Source: a virus (lineage: Duplodnaviria > Caudoviricetes). Taken from it: DNA of 64,000 nt. The translations under genes were made by a program, and so were the position numbers. This document shows, one piece after another, positions 1-10,046 of the stretch (positions within the stretch are counted from its first letter, which is position 1; every line of letters begins with the position of its first letter). Under the pieces are notes generated by a model. It was given only the letters and a program-made list of their open reading frames with translations, was not told the DNA's origin and did not search any database. The DNA lies in the IMG/VR virus record IMGVR_UViG_3300029305_003192. One strand, 5' to 3'.

Positions 1-622
1 CGGAGAGTGTAACGTGAATGTTAGGGTTATGAGTCTTCTCATAAATCTCTCTGATAGTTTCGGATATCTTCTCGTTACCATTGGAGGAGATATATGCGAT
101 ATTATAGATATCTTCGAACTTACAGTCGTCGCCGGTATCTTCGATGATATGCTTATGGGTGTCCTTGTTGAGCTCGGTAATGATTAAGTCCTTCATAGAC
201 TCAATCTTTTCAATAAGCTCAGCCTGTCTGATACGTGAGTTGATTTGGCGTATCTCTGCCATCATCTGGTCGAAGAGCTGGATGAAGTGGTTTGCAACGA
301 CAAGAGCAGTTGTCGTACCGTCTCCAACTCTTGAGTTGAGAGTGAAGCTAATACGCTTGATATAGTTATAAAGTACTGAGTGTACAGGATCACCGAGTAA
401 CAGGTGGTCCAGAACTGTCCAACCGTCCTTAGTAGAGAATGCATTGACTCCATCATCAAGTACCGTGGTACTGGCATATGGACCAAGTGTTCTGGTAACT
501 ACTTCGGCAGCAGTTTCGCAGATTGCACGCAGAATTGCTTTATATTCTGCAGATTCGATGAGATTAAGACTTGCACGAATTTCGTTCTTAAGCTCCTCAT
601 GTTTTGTCATTTGATTCATCAT
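1..622 (-). CDS. groEL: Phage chaperonin, GroEL/Cpn60-like (N-terminal part; runs off the window)
   Basis: Absent from the ORF track because it has no stop in the window. Manual translation from the ATG at 622 (SD AAAGGAG) gives MMNQMTKHEE...VTRTLGPYASTTVL...FSTKDGWTVL...VGDGTTTALVVA, containing the TLGP, TKDG and GDGTTT chaperonin motifs. Confidence 0.93.
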   Translation of the reverse strand, partial: MMNQMTKHEELKNEIRASLNLIESAEYKAILRAICETAAEVVTRTLGPYASTTVLDDGVNAFSTKDGWTVLDHLLLGDPVHSVLYNYIKRISFTLNSRVGDGTTTALVVANHFIQLFDQMMAEIRQINSRIRQAELIEKIESMKDLIITELNKDTHKHIIEDTGDDCKFEDIYNIAYISSNGNEKISETIREIYEKTHNPNIHVTLS

Positions 623-1427
623 TCGGTTTCTCTCCTTTAAAGTATACTGTAGATTTGTCACCCTTGTAGTCAGTGACATATTTTAACTGAAACCAGTTAG
701 CTTCGCATTTGAAGCGTTGCTTGGTTTCGGATAAGAATTTCTGATGCTTATAGAAACTCTTATCCATAGCATCAGCGTCGACTCGAATATTCGGCAATGC
801 TGATATCAGGAAGAGTTTCTTATAGAATTTATCAGTCCCCTCAGGTTCCGATTCAATAACCTCGAGCACCTCATCGGCCGAGTCACATATGATAGTGGTA
901 ATCTCAGGTTTAGCTGTTATGATATCAAGTAACGAGCCTTCCAGTAAGGATATGCGTGGGCCATTTGCTCTACCAAATGAGTCTCTTAAGAACTTCTTAG
1001 TGATATCAGAGAATGCTGTATCGTAGATATAAATCTTCTTACAGAAGTCATATGTTAGGAACTCATGTAACATTATCTCAACATTTGTAACTGATGCAAA
1101 GTATGGATTAGATAGTGCCATTAGCTTTGCGTAATCCTGAGACGCGTTGCTAAATCCAAGTTTATTAAAGTGCTTGAATGATAAAGCCATGAACTTTAGA
1201 AACTCGGCACTTGTAAACGGTGAGAGTAAGTTAAATCTCTCCTCGGCAGACTTGTCGAGTAAGTTGGCAAACTTTGTGTAGTTTTCGAGCCAGTACGACT
1301 TGAAGTCCGGTAACTGTGTTGCTGCATTATAAAGTAGCTCTCCGGCATTCTTCATACCGCCTCGGAATTTAACAAGAAATACCTCATCCCTTGTTTTGGT
1401 TACAGGTCTTAAGAAGTCAAATTCCAT
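597..1427 (-). CDS. Hypothetical protein (276 aa)
   Basis: Long ORF with AAGGAG SD that overlaps the chaperonin start; no motif recognised. Confidence 0.8.
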   Translation of the reverse strand: MEFDFLRPVTKTRDEVFLVKFRGGMKNAGELLYNAATQLPDFKSYWLENYTKFANLLDKSAEERFNLLSPFTSAEFLKFMALSFKHFNKLGFSNASQDYAKLMALSNPYFASVTNVEIMLHEFLTYDFCKKIYIYDTAFSDITKKFLRDSFGRANGPRISLLEGSLLDIITAKPEITTIICDSADEVLEVIESEPEGTDKFYKKLFLISALPNIRVDADAMDKSFYKHQKFLSETKQRFKCEANWFQLKYVTDYKGDKSTVYFKGEKPNDESNDKT

Positions 1428-1488
1428 GTGATTTCTCCTTCAAAAAAATCAGGCGTTGAGTGATATATCAACGCCTGATACGAATTCC

Positions 1489-2325
1489 TTAGAATGGATT
1501 ACTGTCGCTTGCTCCGGTCATCTGCATAAACGCCGCCATATCACCATCGAACTGCTTAAGCTCAAGTGCTGGTGGAGCTGACTGTGTGAACGCTTGTGTA
1601 TTTCCAGTCTTCTGCTGGTAAGCAGGAGCCTCAATCTGAATACCATTCTTCATGGCAATCTGATTGATGGTTGTGCGAGTCTTATAGTTGGTATTACCAT
1701 ATCGGCTTTCAATCTGATGAACAGTGCCATTACACTGAGACTTTACAAACTCATCGAGTGCTGTGATGAATGTGATAATCTGTGGATATTCAGTTTCGAT
1801 GGATTCAAAATCACCTGTGGATGGATCGTAACCAATGATAACTGGTACTGTATCGGTCATCTTGAATACCTTAACTGTCTTAGGAAGACGTGTAGCCGCG
1901 TCGATGTCTGTAGAATATACGATTTCTGGAATATATGGGCCAGATTCAGGTTTACCTGTAGAAATAGAGAGCACGTTGGTAAGATCCTTATTGGTTGCGA
2001 CACCGATACTGAAGCCCTTATTGAAGGTGGTATCATCATTTCTCGTATCCACGTATTCCTGGAACTTTGGTATGAATTCACTACGAATGCGATTCATAAA
2101 AGCTGCCGCCTTTTCGCGGGTAAGAATAGCTGAAAGGTCCTTATCTCCGCCAGTTGGTCGTGGGAATGAACGTTTACCGTTTTCATCGTATTTGGCATCC
2201 CTGAATGATACAATACAGATATTATCACTGAACTTCAGTGACATCATTACGTTATCACTGAAGAATATAAGTGACTGTGTGTTAATTGGGAATCTTTCGG
2301 TTCCCCCATTGTTGTTAAAAGCCAT
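1489..2325 (-). CDS. Putative single-stranded DNA-binding protein
   Basis: Likely start MAFNNNGG at 2325 (SD AGGAGG). Beta-rich N-terminus and a flexible tail ending SDSNPF, resembling SSB C-terminal tips. Lies in a replication-gene cluster. Confidence 0.4.
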   Translation of the reverse strand: MAFNNNGGTERFPINTQSLIFFSDNVMMSLKFSDNICIVSFRDAKYDENGKRSFPRPTGGDKDLSAILTREKAAAFMNRIRSEFIPKFQEYVDTRNDDTTFNKGFSIGVATNKDLTNVLSISTGKPESGPYIPEIVYSTDIDAATRLPKTVKVFKMTDTVPVIIGYDPSTGDFESIETEYPQIITFITALDEFVKSQCNGTVHQIESRYGNTNYKTRTTINQIAMKNGIQIEAPAYQQKTGNTQAFTQSAPPALELKQFDGDMAAFMQMTGASDSNPF

Positions 2326-2392
2326 TGTTAAACCTCCTTGTATAATCAATCAGCCGACTAGCTATTGTCGGCTGACCTATAGCCAATATTTT

Positions 2393-2764
2393 TCATTTGT
2401 TATTGGTACCGAGTACCTGACGTTCAGCTCTGTCCTCGACACGCTTATTCATATACATGAGTGCGATTTCGAGGTGTCTGAGAGCTTCAGCATTCTCTTC
2501 GCAAGCAAAATCTCCTCCCTGGAAGAACTTAAGACGGTCTCTTACAATTTCGAGCAGGTCAGTATCAAGTACGCCTCTGATACTCTTCTCATCCTTACGA
2601 GGTCCCTTCTGGAATATGATAAGTGGGAAAGAGTAGTTCTCGTTATCTGCACAAACGATACGATACTCATGATGAGCCCCGCCTGGACCGATATCGTCTT
2701 CACGAAATACTCGGTTGAGCTTATTGTGCTTTTGGATTGTGATTAATTCTGTGCCTTTTGACAT
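2393..2764 (-). CDS. tad1: Tad1 (Thoeris anti-defence 1) cyclic-nucleotide sponge
   Basis: Motifs TIQKxx[34 protein letters not shown], FQxG, ENAxAL and [17 protein letters not shown] closely follow Clostridium-type Tad1 as I recall it. Confidence 0.9.
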   Translation of the reverse strand: MSKGTELITIQKHNKLNRVFREDDIGPGGAHHEYRIVCADNENYSFPLIIFQKGPRKDEKSIRGVLDTDLLEIVRDRLKFFQGGDFACEENAEALRHLEIALMYMNKRVEDRAERQVLGTNNK

Positions 2765-2831
2765 AAGTATTCCTCCTATGATTAATAAATATTTATGAAA
2801 TCTGTCGCCGGTGAAGTATAAATCAACCGGC

Positions 2832-4892
2832 TCAGATATTCACGATGTTAGTATAATGCTGTGTTGTTGCACCTGTCTTCTGAATCTTTGGACCAAGTGG
2901 GTCGATGATAGGATTGATAAGGTTAACAACGTCTGTGATAATTTTGGATGAGTTGATTATATCTTTCATCCATGCTGGTAGATTAGTCATATCACGCGGT
3001 TTAGCTATACATGTGATAGACATAGTCCATTCATACTCATTAGATGACATAAGAATGTTCCGATAATAATTCTCGAAGATTTCTCTGTGCTCATAATATA
3101 GCTTCTTAAAAGGAACTGCTGCATCGGATTCTTTACTATTAAAGAATGCCTCTGGGTCATCACGCATCATGAGATACTTCTTCTTTGACATACCAGTATC
3201 CAGTGTAACTGGAACCAGGTCGACTTCAGCAGGGAATGCCATCTCTTCTGCAGGGTTAAATGCGTTCCAAAGATGCACCGCTTTATATCCCTGATTAGAC
3301 AATGGAGCTTTATATCTTGCAGCGGGATGAACCGTAAGCTGCTTATAGAGTGAGTTATCACCTTCCTGAAGCAGTACCTTAATCTCTGCTTCATATTCTC
3401 TTACAGCTCTTAGAATATTTCTCAAATCGATCTCCGGTGCAAGGATAATCTGGGTATCAATAAGCTCATGACATTTCTGTCTTACTGATTCCTTAGTACC
3501 GGCTTTCTTAAAGTCAAACCCAGCAACTACACGCTGGTTGTCGATGCCATTGATGAATTTACCCTCTTGGAGTAATACCTGACCAAAGTATCGTTTCTTA
3601 GCAGTACCAAATACGATAATTGGCCAATAAAGCTCGTTCTTCATTGCAAGCTTCTTACCCCACTCAGGGGCAATCTGTCTAGCCTCAGTAAATGATTCAA
3701 ATGCTTCTGAGATAGACATAGTCAGAATCATTGTGAAGATATTTACCGACTTAAATGTGAACTCATCCTTATTCTCAGTGATAGCATTCTTAAGTGAGTA
3801 AGCATACATAATATACTTAACTACCGAGATGAAGTTAGAGTCCGTGTCGATATAAAGTACCGCAGACTTATTAGTGTATCTAGTTCGACGTACTCTATCG
3901 AATATCTGGTGCTTATAAAGTACGAATACTTTGAGCATCTTAATGATTTCAAGCAGTATTGATTTAGAATCGTCACGTGCTACAGTATCACACCATTCTT
4001 CGCCCATAAAGTCGAATGTATCGATATCACCATTACGGAGAATGATGATAGAGTTGAGAAGCTCAGTATTAATTGACTGACAGAAAGGTATATTGAGGAA
4101 TTCGAAGAGATTATTCTTATAATACATCAGCTTGAGACAGTCCTCATCGGCGGAAGCAATTATTCTCGATATAATCATTGCCTCATCTTCAGTGATATTA
4201 AAACCGACCTTATCTGCAAGTCTATCGGCTACCTGCTTAGATGTTACTGGTGGTACTCTTGAGAATAATTTAAGCTCCTCGTCCGTAAGCTTTTCATAAT
4301 CATGTATGATATTCATCAGATATAATACAAACTCTGTCACGTTGACGAACTTGATATTGTCCGATATGAAGTTCTCGAAGTGACATGTTGCTGTCGAGAT
4401 GATTGCCTGACCCATAGCAGTAGTAGCCTGAGCAAGGTTGACATTGAATAGATGAAATTTCATGTAACCGAGGATACCATAGAGAGAGTTAAGCATAATC
4501 TTCTTGTTATTTTGTGCTAAGTCATACATCTGCCATTCTGTAGTACCTTTATCGAACGAATCCCTCTGTTTCTTGAGAGCCTTACGCTCTTTCATCAAGT
4601 CTGCAATCCATTCAGCAAGCAGACTCAGTTTCTGGGAATGTTGTACAAACATGCACCCATCCCCACCAAGGACAAGATTGTTTGTCAATATGAGTGATAT
4701 GACAACGGTCAATGATGAGCGTATGGATGTATTGCGATAGTTATTAACCATTGTACATTTAGGGTCCTTGACCTCTATATTATATATTTTACGTAGGGTC
4801 TTTTCCAGTACCTCTTCATCCCAATCAGGATGTGCGGTTCTAAGAACTTCTGAAGCCTGGGATACCCATTTATCTTCAAATCTTAGTGCCAT
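2832..4892 (-). CDS. polB: Family B DNA polymerase, polymerase-domain half of a split enzyme
   Basis: Motif [10 protein letters not shown], motif C YIDTDS and KKRY are present; the exonuclease domain and motif A are absent and are encoded at 26333-28213. Confidence 0.9.
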   Translation of the reverse strand: MALRFEDKWVSQASEVLRTAHPDWDEEVLEKTLRKIYNIEVKDPKCTMVNNYRNTSIRSSLTVVISLILTNNLVLGGDGCMFVQHSQKLSLLAEWIADLMKERKALKKQRDSFDKGTTEWQMYDLAQNNKKIMLNSLYGILGYMKFHLFNVNLAQATTAMGQAIISTATCHFENFISDNIKFVNVTEFVLYLMNIIHDYEKLTDEELKLFSRVPPVTSKQVADRLADKVGFNITEDEAMIISRIIASADEDCLKLMYYKNNLFEFLNIPFCQSINTELLNSIIILRNGDIDTFDFMGEEWCDTVARDDSKSILLEIIKMLKVFVLYKHQIFDRVRRTRYTNKSAVLYIDTDSNFISVVKYIMYAYSLKNAITENKDEFTFKSVNIFTMILTMSISEAFESFTEARQIAPEWGKKLAMKNELYWPIIVFGTAKKRYFGQVLLQEGKFINGIDNQRVVAGFDFKKAGTKESVRQKCHELIDTQIILAPEIDLRNILRAVREYEAEIKVLLQEGDNSLYKQLTVHPAARYKAPLSNQGYKAVHLWNAFNPAEEMAFPAEVDLVPVTLDTGMSKKKYLMMRDDPEAFFNSKESDAAVPFKKLYYEHREIFENYYRNILMSSNEYEWTMSITCIAKPRDMTNLPAWMKDIINSSKIITDVVNLINPIIDPLGPKIQKTGATTQHYTNIVNI

Positions 4893-5044
4893 AATTTACC
4901 TCCTATATTTTTGCGTTATACTATTGATGATAACATCATTCTTCGCTAGAATATAGACTTGAAATGATTATTAATTAAACAACTCATGTAATGTATGCAA
5001 ACATATGTATGCACAATATTAATCCTAAAAGGAGGAATTGTAAT

Positions 5045-5644
5045 ATGTCATCTTTTGATTCAATGTTCGAAGGTCTCTTCGAGAACAACGATGAAGATAT
5101 TGCTGCTGGTGCCATGGAATCTACAGTAGGCGATGATTTTGCATTTCTCGATGAAGGTGCTGCTGAACTGACTCCCGCTGCTGAATCCGCTATTTTCCTC
5201 GAAACTCTTATGGATAGCTTCGATGATCCTAACGAGTTCGCAGATTATGCTATGGAAAATGCTGTATACTGGGAGACATACGGTCTCATCGACAATGCTA
5301 CAGAAGCCCTCGAAGCTGTTAAGAAGTTCCAGGTTGATAACTGGAAGCAGGTCAACTTCGAAAGACTCTGGAAGAGAGAGTGTATCCGTATCGAAGCTCG
5401 TAAGGATACAACTACTTGGAAGAAGTATGCTCTCCACAGAGGTAAGATGAGAGAAGCACGTGATGAAATCTTCCGCAAGAACAAGACTCAGGCTATGAAG
5501 AACGTTCGTGCTGCACAGGCTAACTCTAAGAGAAAGGTTGCATCCATGAACACATCCGGTTCAAAGGACCTCCAGTCCAGACTTAATAAGTCTATCTCTA
5601 AGAGTACTTCTGGTAAGGATCCTACAACAGGCAAGCCTTCCTAA
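5045..5644 (+). CDS. Virion head protein with acidic propeptide
   Basis: Start at 5045 (SD AAGGAGG) after a late-type promoter. Acidic N-terminus with AMES/AAES/ALEA motifs, basic C-terminus. Confidence 0.6.
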   Translation: MSSFDSMFEGLFENNDEDIAAGAMESTVGDDFAFLDEGAAELTPAAESAIFLETLMDSFDDPNEFADYAMENAVYWETYGLIDNATEALEAVKKFQVDNWKQVNFERLWKRECIRIEARKDTTTWKKYALHRGKMREARDEIFRKNKTQAMKNVRAAQANSKRKVASMNTSGSKDLQSRLNKSISKSTSGKDPTTGKPS

Positions 5645-5654
5645 CAGACTAATT

Positions 5655-5686
5655 ATACCCAGATAACCATATGGTTATCTGGGTAT
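5655..5686. terminator. Perfect 32-bp palindrome / terminator
   Basis: ATACCCAGATAACCAT|ATGGTTATCTGGGTAT followed by TTTC. Confidence 0.7.
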
Positions 5687-5711
5687 TTTCTATGCACCAA
5701 GGGGGGTATGA

Positions 5712-5743
5712 CGTAATATCGGTATATAGTACGTATATATCAT
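5712..5743 (+). promoter_or_regulatory. Early-type phage promoter
   Basis: CGTAATAT-N14-TATATATCAT; same spacing at 10991, 18529 and 23934. Confidence 0.7.
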
Positions 5744-5749
5744 ATTAGT

Positions 5750-5960
5750 GAGAAAAATATATTTATGATTATCAATTCTCAGTTGGGACACCGGACGCCC
5801 GATCACGTCCGGATTCTATATGGTTGTGGTATGACGATCATATAGTCTAGGATTTTAAGATTGGCGTGGTACATACCGACTGCGCCCCAGGGCCGTGGCC
5901 TCCTACCAAAAACCCACGGAATATATCAGGATGACCAAACTGGTCATCCTGATATATTTA
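5750..5960 (+). ncRNA. Putative structured small RNA (kissing loops, anti-SD loop)
   Basis: Promoter-to-terminator unit with no SD-led ORF. Stems at 5791-97/5806-12, 5816-27/5834-45, 5863-70/5879-86 and 5893-98/5914-19. Confidence 0.6.
5920..5958. terminator. Bidirectional intrinsic terminator
   Basis: 18-bp inverted repeat AATATATCAGGATGACCA/TGGTCATCCTGATATATT between convergent units, with a T-tract downstream. Confidence 0.75.
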
Positions 5961-5971
5961 TATTTTTTTTG

Positions 5972-6661
5972 TTAAATGAGACGTCTAAAGCACTCCTCAA
6001 TCTTGTCCTTGACTTTAGAGAAGTCGCTTACTGATGCTACGAACTTATCGGCAAACATAGCCATTCTGTCAATCGCATAGTTGAGATTATATCGCTCAAC
6101 TTTCTTAAAGATATTAATATCTCCATGAGACAGTATGGATTTACGAGAATCGACTATTTTGTTGATTTGGTAATATACATCATGTCGATGTTCATATACG
6201 ACGAATCTGCAGAATACTAACAGTGCGTAGTAATTTTTATATTCCTTATTGATAGGCATTGCCATATCTCGGGCATAGTGCCACTGTTCGTTGATGAACT
6301 CTGATATATACATCATACGGTTCTTATTAATATCATCTATCACTCTGTCCGTAATAGATTCGAGCTGGTCGAGCTGGTCGATATATTTAGACCTAGCATC
6401 GTTACCATCAGTTATTGATAATATATTACGCATAGTATCTGTATACTCACCATGATACCAAGATAGGTTTATAGTTGTATCTTTCTTAAAGGTCTTCTTA
6501 CTGAGAGTAGCGAATTCCTTATCGAGTTTCTTGTTAAGGTGGATAGTAAACGGGTCATCTCTAAATACCGTATCCATGAGTTTCATGTATACGTCATATT
6601 CCTTAAGGGATGTCGGGTCATGATACCCACGCATGATTAAACTACTAGACATTTTATTCAT
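5972..6661 (-). CDS. Hypothetical protein (229 aa)
   Basis: ORF with GGAG SD; late motif on the minus strand at 6685-6697. Confidence 0.75.
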   Translation of the reverse strand: MNKMSSSLIMRGYHDPTSLKEYDVYMKLMDTVFRDDPFTIHLNKKLDKEFATLSKKTFKKDTTINLSWYHGEYTDTMRNILSITDGNDARSKYIDQLDQLESITDRVIDDINKNRMMYISEFINEQWHYARDMAMPINKEYKNYYALLVFCRFVVYEHRHDVYYQINKIVDSRKSILSHGDINIFKKVERYNLNYAIDRMAMFADKFVASVSDFSKVKDKIEECFRRLI

Positions 6662-6684
6662 CTCCTTCCACTAATATGTTAGAA

Positions 6685-6716
6685 TTACTCGGTTGTTTCC
6701 CGAACCTTCATATAAT
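6685..6716. promoter_or_regulatory. Divergent pair of late promoters
   Basis: AACA-ACCGAG-TAA on minus (6697-6685) and AACC-TTCATA-TAA on plus (6703-6715). Confidence 0.6.
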
Positions 6717-6742
6717 GAGTTTATAATAAAGGAGGAATCTAA

Positions 6743-7498
6743 ATGGCTAATGCTCCATTATGGACAATCCAGCAACTCATTCAGCTTATTAAAGATGACC
6801 TTGAGTTGCACGATTTACCTAATACTATTACAGATGAAATGATTATAGAGCGTATACAGCAGAGTTCTCTTAAGGAGTTCTCTATTGTATACCCAAGATT
6901 CGAGAAGTTCAGACTCAGCTTTGGTGACCTCGTTAATCCAGAGATTCGATTTCATAACCGTTCACGTGGACTTGAGTATTATATACCCAAATACTTCTTG
7001 ATGCAGTATACTCCGGTTACACTCATAGATGTCGAACCATATACACATAAAGACTTCTATGGGGACGTTCTCCCATATGCACTTGGATATGAACCTGCTG
7101 GTTTAATTACAGATATCGCAGGTATCAAGGGGATGGCTGGGATGGCTGGCAATCTGGCGAATTCACCTACACCAGATTATGATAGTGCTCGTCAGACTAT
7201 CACTATATATAACGGTTATAGTGAAGGATTATATGAGGTAACTATGGGTGTAGCTCATGACATCAACCTCAGAACCATTCCAACTACAGCAATGGTGACA
7301 TTCCGAGAACTTGCTACAAACGACGTTGGTGCATACATATATAGCAAGATATTCCGTAAGGACGGCATCGAAACTGGCGTTGGTAATATTACACTCAATA
7401 TCGACAACCTGAGAGAATGTAAGTCCAGATATAAGGAAATGATGAAGGAACTTGCAGATGAAGCAGTTCTTGATATGGATACAATCGAATTCTTTTAA
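6743..7498 (+). CDS. Putative virion structural protein (neck/head-completion-like)
   Basis: Late promoter and strong SD. Function inferred only from context and general character. Confidence 0.45.
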   Translation: MANAPLWTIQQLIQLIKDDLELHDLPNTITDEMIIERIQQSSLKEFSIVYPRFEKFRLSFGDLVNPEIRFHNRSRGLEYYIPKYFLMQYTPVTLIDVEPYTHKDFYGDVLPYALGYEPAGLITDIAGIKGMAGMAGNLANSPTPDYDSARQTITIYNGYSEGLYEVTMGVAHDINLRTIPTTAMVTFRELATNDVGAYIYSKIFRKDGIETGVGNITLNIDNLRECKSRYKEMMKELADEAVLDMDTIEFF

Positions 7499-7502
7499 TT
7501 TA

Positions 7503-7532
7503 ATCCCAGTAAGGCATATGCCTTACTGGGAT
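7503..7532. terminator. Perfect 30-bp palindrome between convergent genes
   Basis: ATCCCAGTAAGGCAT|ATGCCTTACTGGGAT. Confidence 0.75.
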
Positions 7533-7536
7533 ATTT

Positions 7537-8526
7537 TTATGTAGGGTTACCTAAGTTCTTACCCACATATGTAGTTACTACTGAATAATTATGAGAGACT
7601 CTCATACAAATCTGAGATAAGTTGTAAATATACTGACTTGCAAACTGACAGTTGTTTGCGATCTCTGGATTAGTAGCAACATCTGGGTCACTGCTCCAGT
7701 TCTTAATAGTGTTACTGAAAGCTTCATAGAATTGTGCGGACTTCTCAATAGCATGTGCACGCTTCTCAATCTTTCGTAAGAATGCACCTACTGCAGGAAT
7801 ACCGTCTCTACAGTAGCAAATGATATTACCAGCATGACGCTTAAGAAGGTTCACGATGACTTCCTTAACCGTAGAGTGTAATCCATGTCCCTGGGACTTA
7901 GTAGCACTTGCAAGAGCTGTGAGCACACCATTCTTATACATGGTTTGTATCTTAGTAACATGAGTATTGCAGCTATCTGCAAGAGTTCTCATTCTGTCCA
8001 TATCAACACGGGTCTGACCGAAGTCTGATGGAGGATTACGAGGTGTAAATCCTTTAAGTGTGGATATGGTCGAACGCTCGTATCCAGCAAGTTCATTGTC
8101 TTTGCTTATAAGCTTCTCAGCTTCTGCAGCGATATCACTAAATGCTTTCTTGACATTAGTCATGAGTACAGTTAGGATATTATTGAGTACGGTCGCACCC
8201 TTGTCAATATCGGCATCAGATACATTATTATCAACGGTACCATTATATGTACTAAGCCCAGGTATTGCCGAGATATCAAGGGTTTCACGTTCAGTCTTTG
8301 CTGTTTTATTAAGTATCTTACGATACTCCATGAGAACCAATTCGGATGCAGCATCTGCACGCTGAGATGGCATCAGGAGCTTCTGAATCATAAGTATAAT
8401 CTTGCGGACGAACTCCTTAATCTTAGCTACTACTGAGAGTATCATATTCTGAAGCTTCTTAAAGAAACCGGTCTTGGTTGGGGTGGCAGGAAATATACCA
8501 TCCTGAGCTAAAACTTCAGCAGACAT
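7537..8526 (-). CDS. Putative internal head protein (helical)
   Basis: N-terminal amphipathic helix GFFKKLQNMILSVVAKIKEFVRKII, similar in character to the neighbouring gene; typical of jumbo-phage head proteins. Confidence 0.5.
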   Translation of the reverse strand: MSAEVLAQDGIFPATPTKTGFFKKLQNMILSVVAKIKEFVRKIILMIQKLLMPSQRADAASELVLMEYRKILNKTAKTERETLDISAIPGLSTYNGTVDNNVSDADIDKGATVLNNILTVLMTNVKKAFSDIAAEAEKLISKDNELAGYERSTISTLKGFTPRNPPSDFGQTRVDMDRMRTLADSCNTHVTKIQTMYKNGVLTALASATKSQGHGLHSTVKEVIVNLLKRHAGNIICYCRDGIPAVGAFLRKIEKRAHAIEKSAQFYEAFSNTIKNWSSDPDVATNPEIANNCQFASQYIYNLSQICMRVSHNYSVVTTYVGKNLGNPT

Positions 8527-8600
8527 TATTATACCTCCTTATTACAGAAAATAACCAGAGAACCGAAGTTCTCTGGTTATGAATATAATCACGATGAATA

Positions 8601-9962
8601 TTAGTCGTGAAGCTTGTCAATATCATTAGTGTTCTGAGCACCCTTAAGGATGAACTTTCTCTTTGTCTCGGTAGTAAAGAAGCCGAGGCTGACACATTCA
8701 TTGAGATTTCTTGCCATTCTCTGGAATACTACAGAGGATTCCTTATAAATCTTACAGGATTCGTAAGCAATCTTGGCAGGTGTGTTATCAGTCATTCTGT
8801 TCTTCACAGCATTCATGATAAAGTCACATTCCTTGACATTATCCTGGCATACCTTCTCAACCTTTTCTACTGCAGTGAGAGCTCTGTCGATAACAGCGCC
8901 TTTTTCTACGAAATGTGCTTTAGCAAGGATTTTTGATACCTTCTGAGACAGTGTGAGCTTATTGTTAACGGAATCCTTCTTATTGCCGCTTACGAGACGA
9001 TCGTTGTCACGCTCTTTCTGCCATTCTTCTTCAGCCTTTTTATCGGCCTCAGATTTTTCATCCTCCTTGGACTTGCCATGTTCCTTCTTAGACAGAGTGT
9101 CTTTACCACTGCCATCTTCTTTGGTAAATGTGATGGCGTCACCCTTAGCAGCGAGACGTTCGATGAGTTTATTATACTGAGCTGTAATCTCTGCTACCGC
9201 AGATTCGAGAGCTTCATCAACCTTCTTCATATTATCAAGCTGAATTCTGACATGCTGAAGCTCTTTATCAGCAGCCACTCTCTTAGCATTCATATCAGAA
9301 CCGTCGAAGGAACCGCTGAACTTTTCTTCATATGCACGTGCAGCAGCAATTGCCTTATCGCCACCTTCACGCTTCTCCTTATTTGTCTGAATGGAATCAG
9401 AATTGGAGAAACTGTGACCTTCGCTCTGCGCAGCCTTAATTGCAGCAGATACCTTCTTACAGATATTTTCAATAGCCTTACAGTCTGTTTCAACAGATGT
9501 GTTGAGGATATTGAATACCTTATCCGCTGACGCTCTGACATCACGTGCCTCAGCACAAATATCTTTTTCAGCTTCAGTCAACTGCTGTCCCTTTGCAGCA
9601 TTAAGGGTACTGTTAACCTTGGCTCTCTTTTCCTTGAACTTAGCAGCCAGTGTAGTGAACATATTCTTGATTGCACCGATAATACCGCTGATTGCCTTTC
9701 CGATCTTAGAGCCTGTTGTTTCACCGGCAGCTTCAGTGGCCGCAGATGCTACAGGACCCTGAGTATCTGTGAAAAGTGTGGCAAGGAAATCATCGCTGTC
9801 TGTTGCAGATTCGTTCGCTGGGATAGCAAAACCGGCTGCCTCGTCGCGAGAGTAATCACTTGCAAGATAATCTGGAGTAATGTCGTTTTCAACTTCGAAA
9901 AGTGTGATTGCAGATTCGAGTGCAATCAGGTCGAGAGAGAAATTATCGAACATTGCATTCAT
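8601..9962 (-). CDS. Putative internal head protein with cleaved propeptide
   Basis: ALES/ANES/ATEA motifs in an acidic N-terminus, then a KIGKAISGIIGAIKNMF helix; adjacent to the prohead protease. Confidence 0.6.
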   Translation of the reverse strand: MNAMFDNFSLDLIALESAITLFEVENDITPDYLASDYSRDEAAGFAIPANESATDSDDFLATLFTDTQGPVASAATEAAGETTGSKIGKAISGIIGAIKNMFTTLAAKFKEKRAKVNSTLNAAKGQQLTEAEKDICAEARDVRASADKVFNILNTSVETDCKAIENICKKVSAAIKAAQSEGHSFSNSDSIQTNKEKREGGDKAIAAARAYEEKFSGSFDGSDMNAKRVAADKELQHVRIQLDNMKKVDEALESAVAEITAQYNKLIERLAAKGDAITFTKEDGSGKDTLSKKEHGKSKEDEKSEADKKAEEEWQKERDNDRLVSGNKKDSVNNKLTLSQKVSKILAKAHFVEKGAVIDRALTAVEKVEKVCQDNVKECDFIMNAVKNRMTDNTPAKIAYESCKIYKESSVVFQRMARNLNECVSLGFFTTETKRKFILKGAQNTNDIDKLHD

Positions 9963-10046
9963 GATTTATTACCTCATTTCTTATAAGATTTGATTTGAAT
10001 TGATCATATTCTCATATCGAAATACGTCATTCATTACATTTTATGT

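Noticed and set aside
5765-5845. 26-codon ORF inside the small structured RNA
   Set aside because: No Shine-Dalgarno site in a genome where nearly all genes have a strong one, and the region is dominated by stems.
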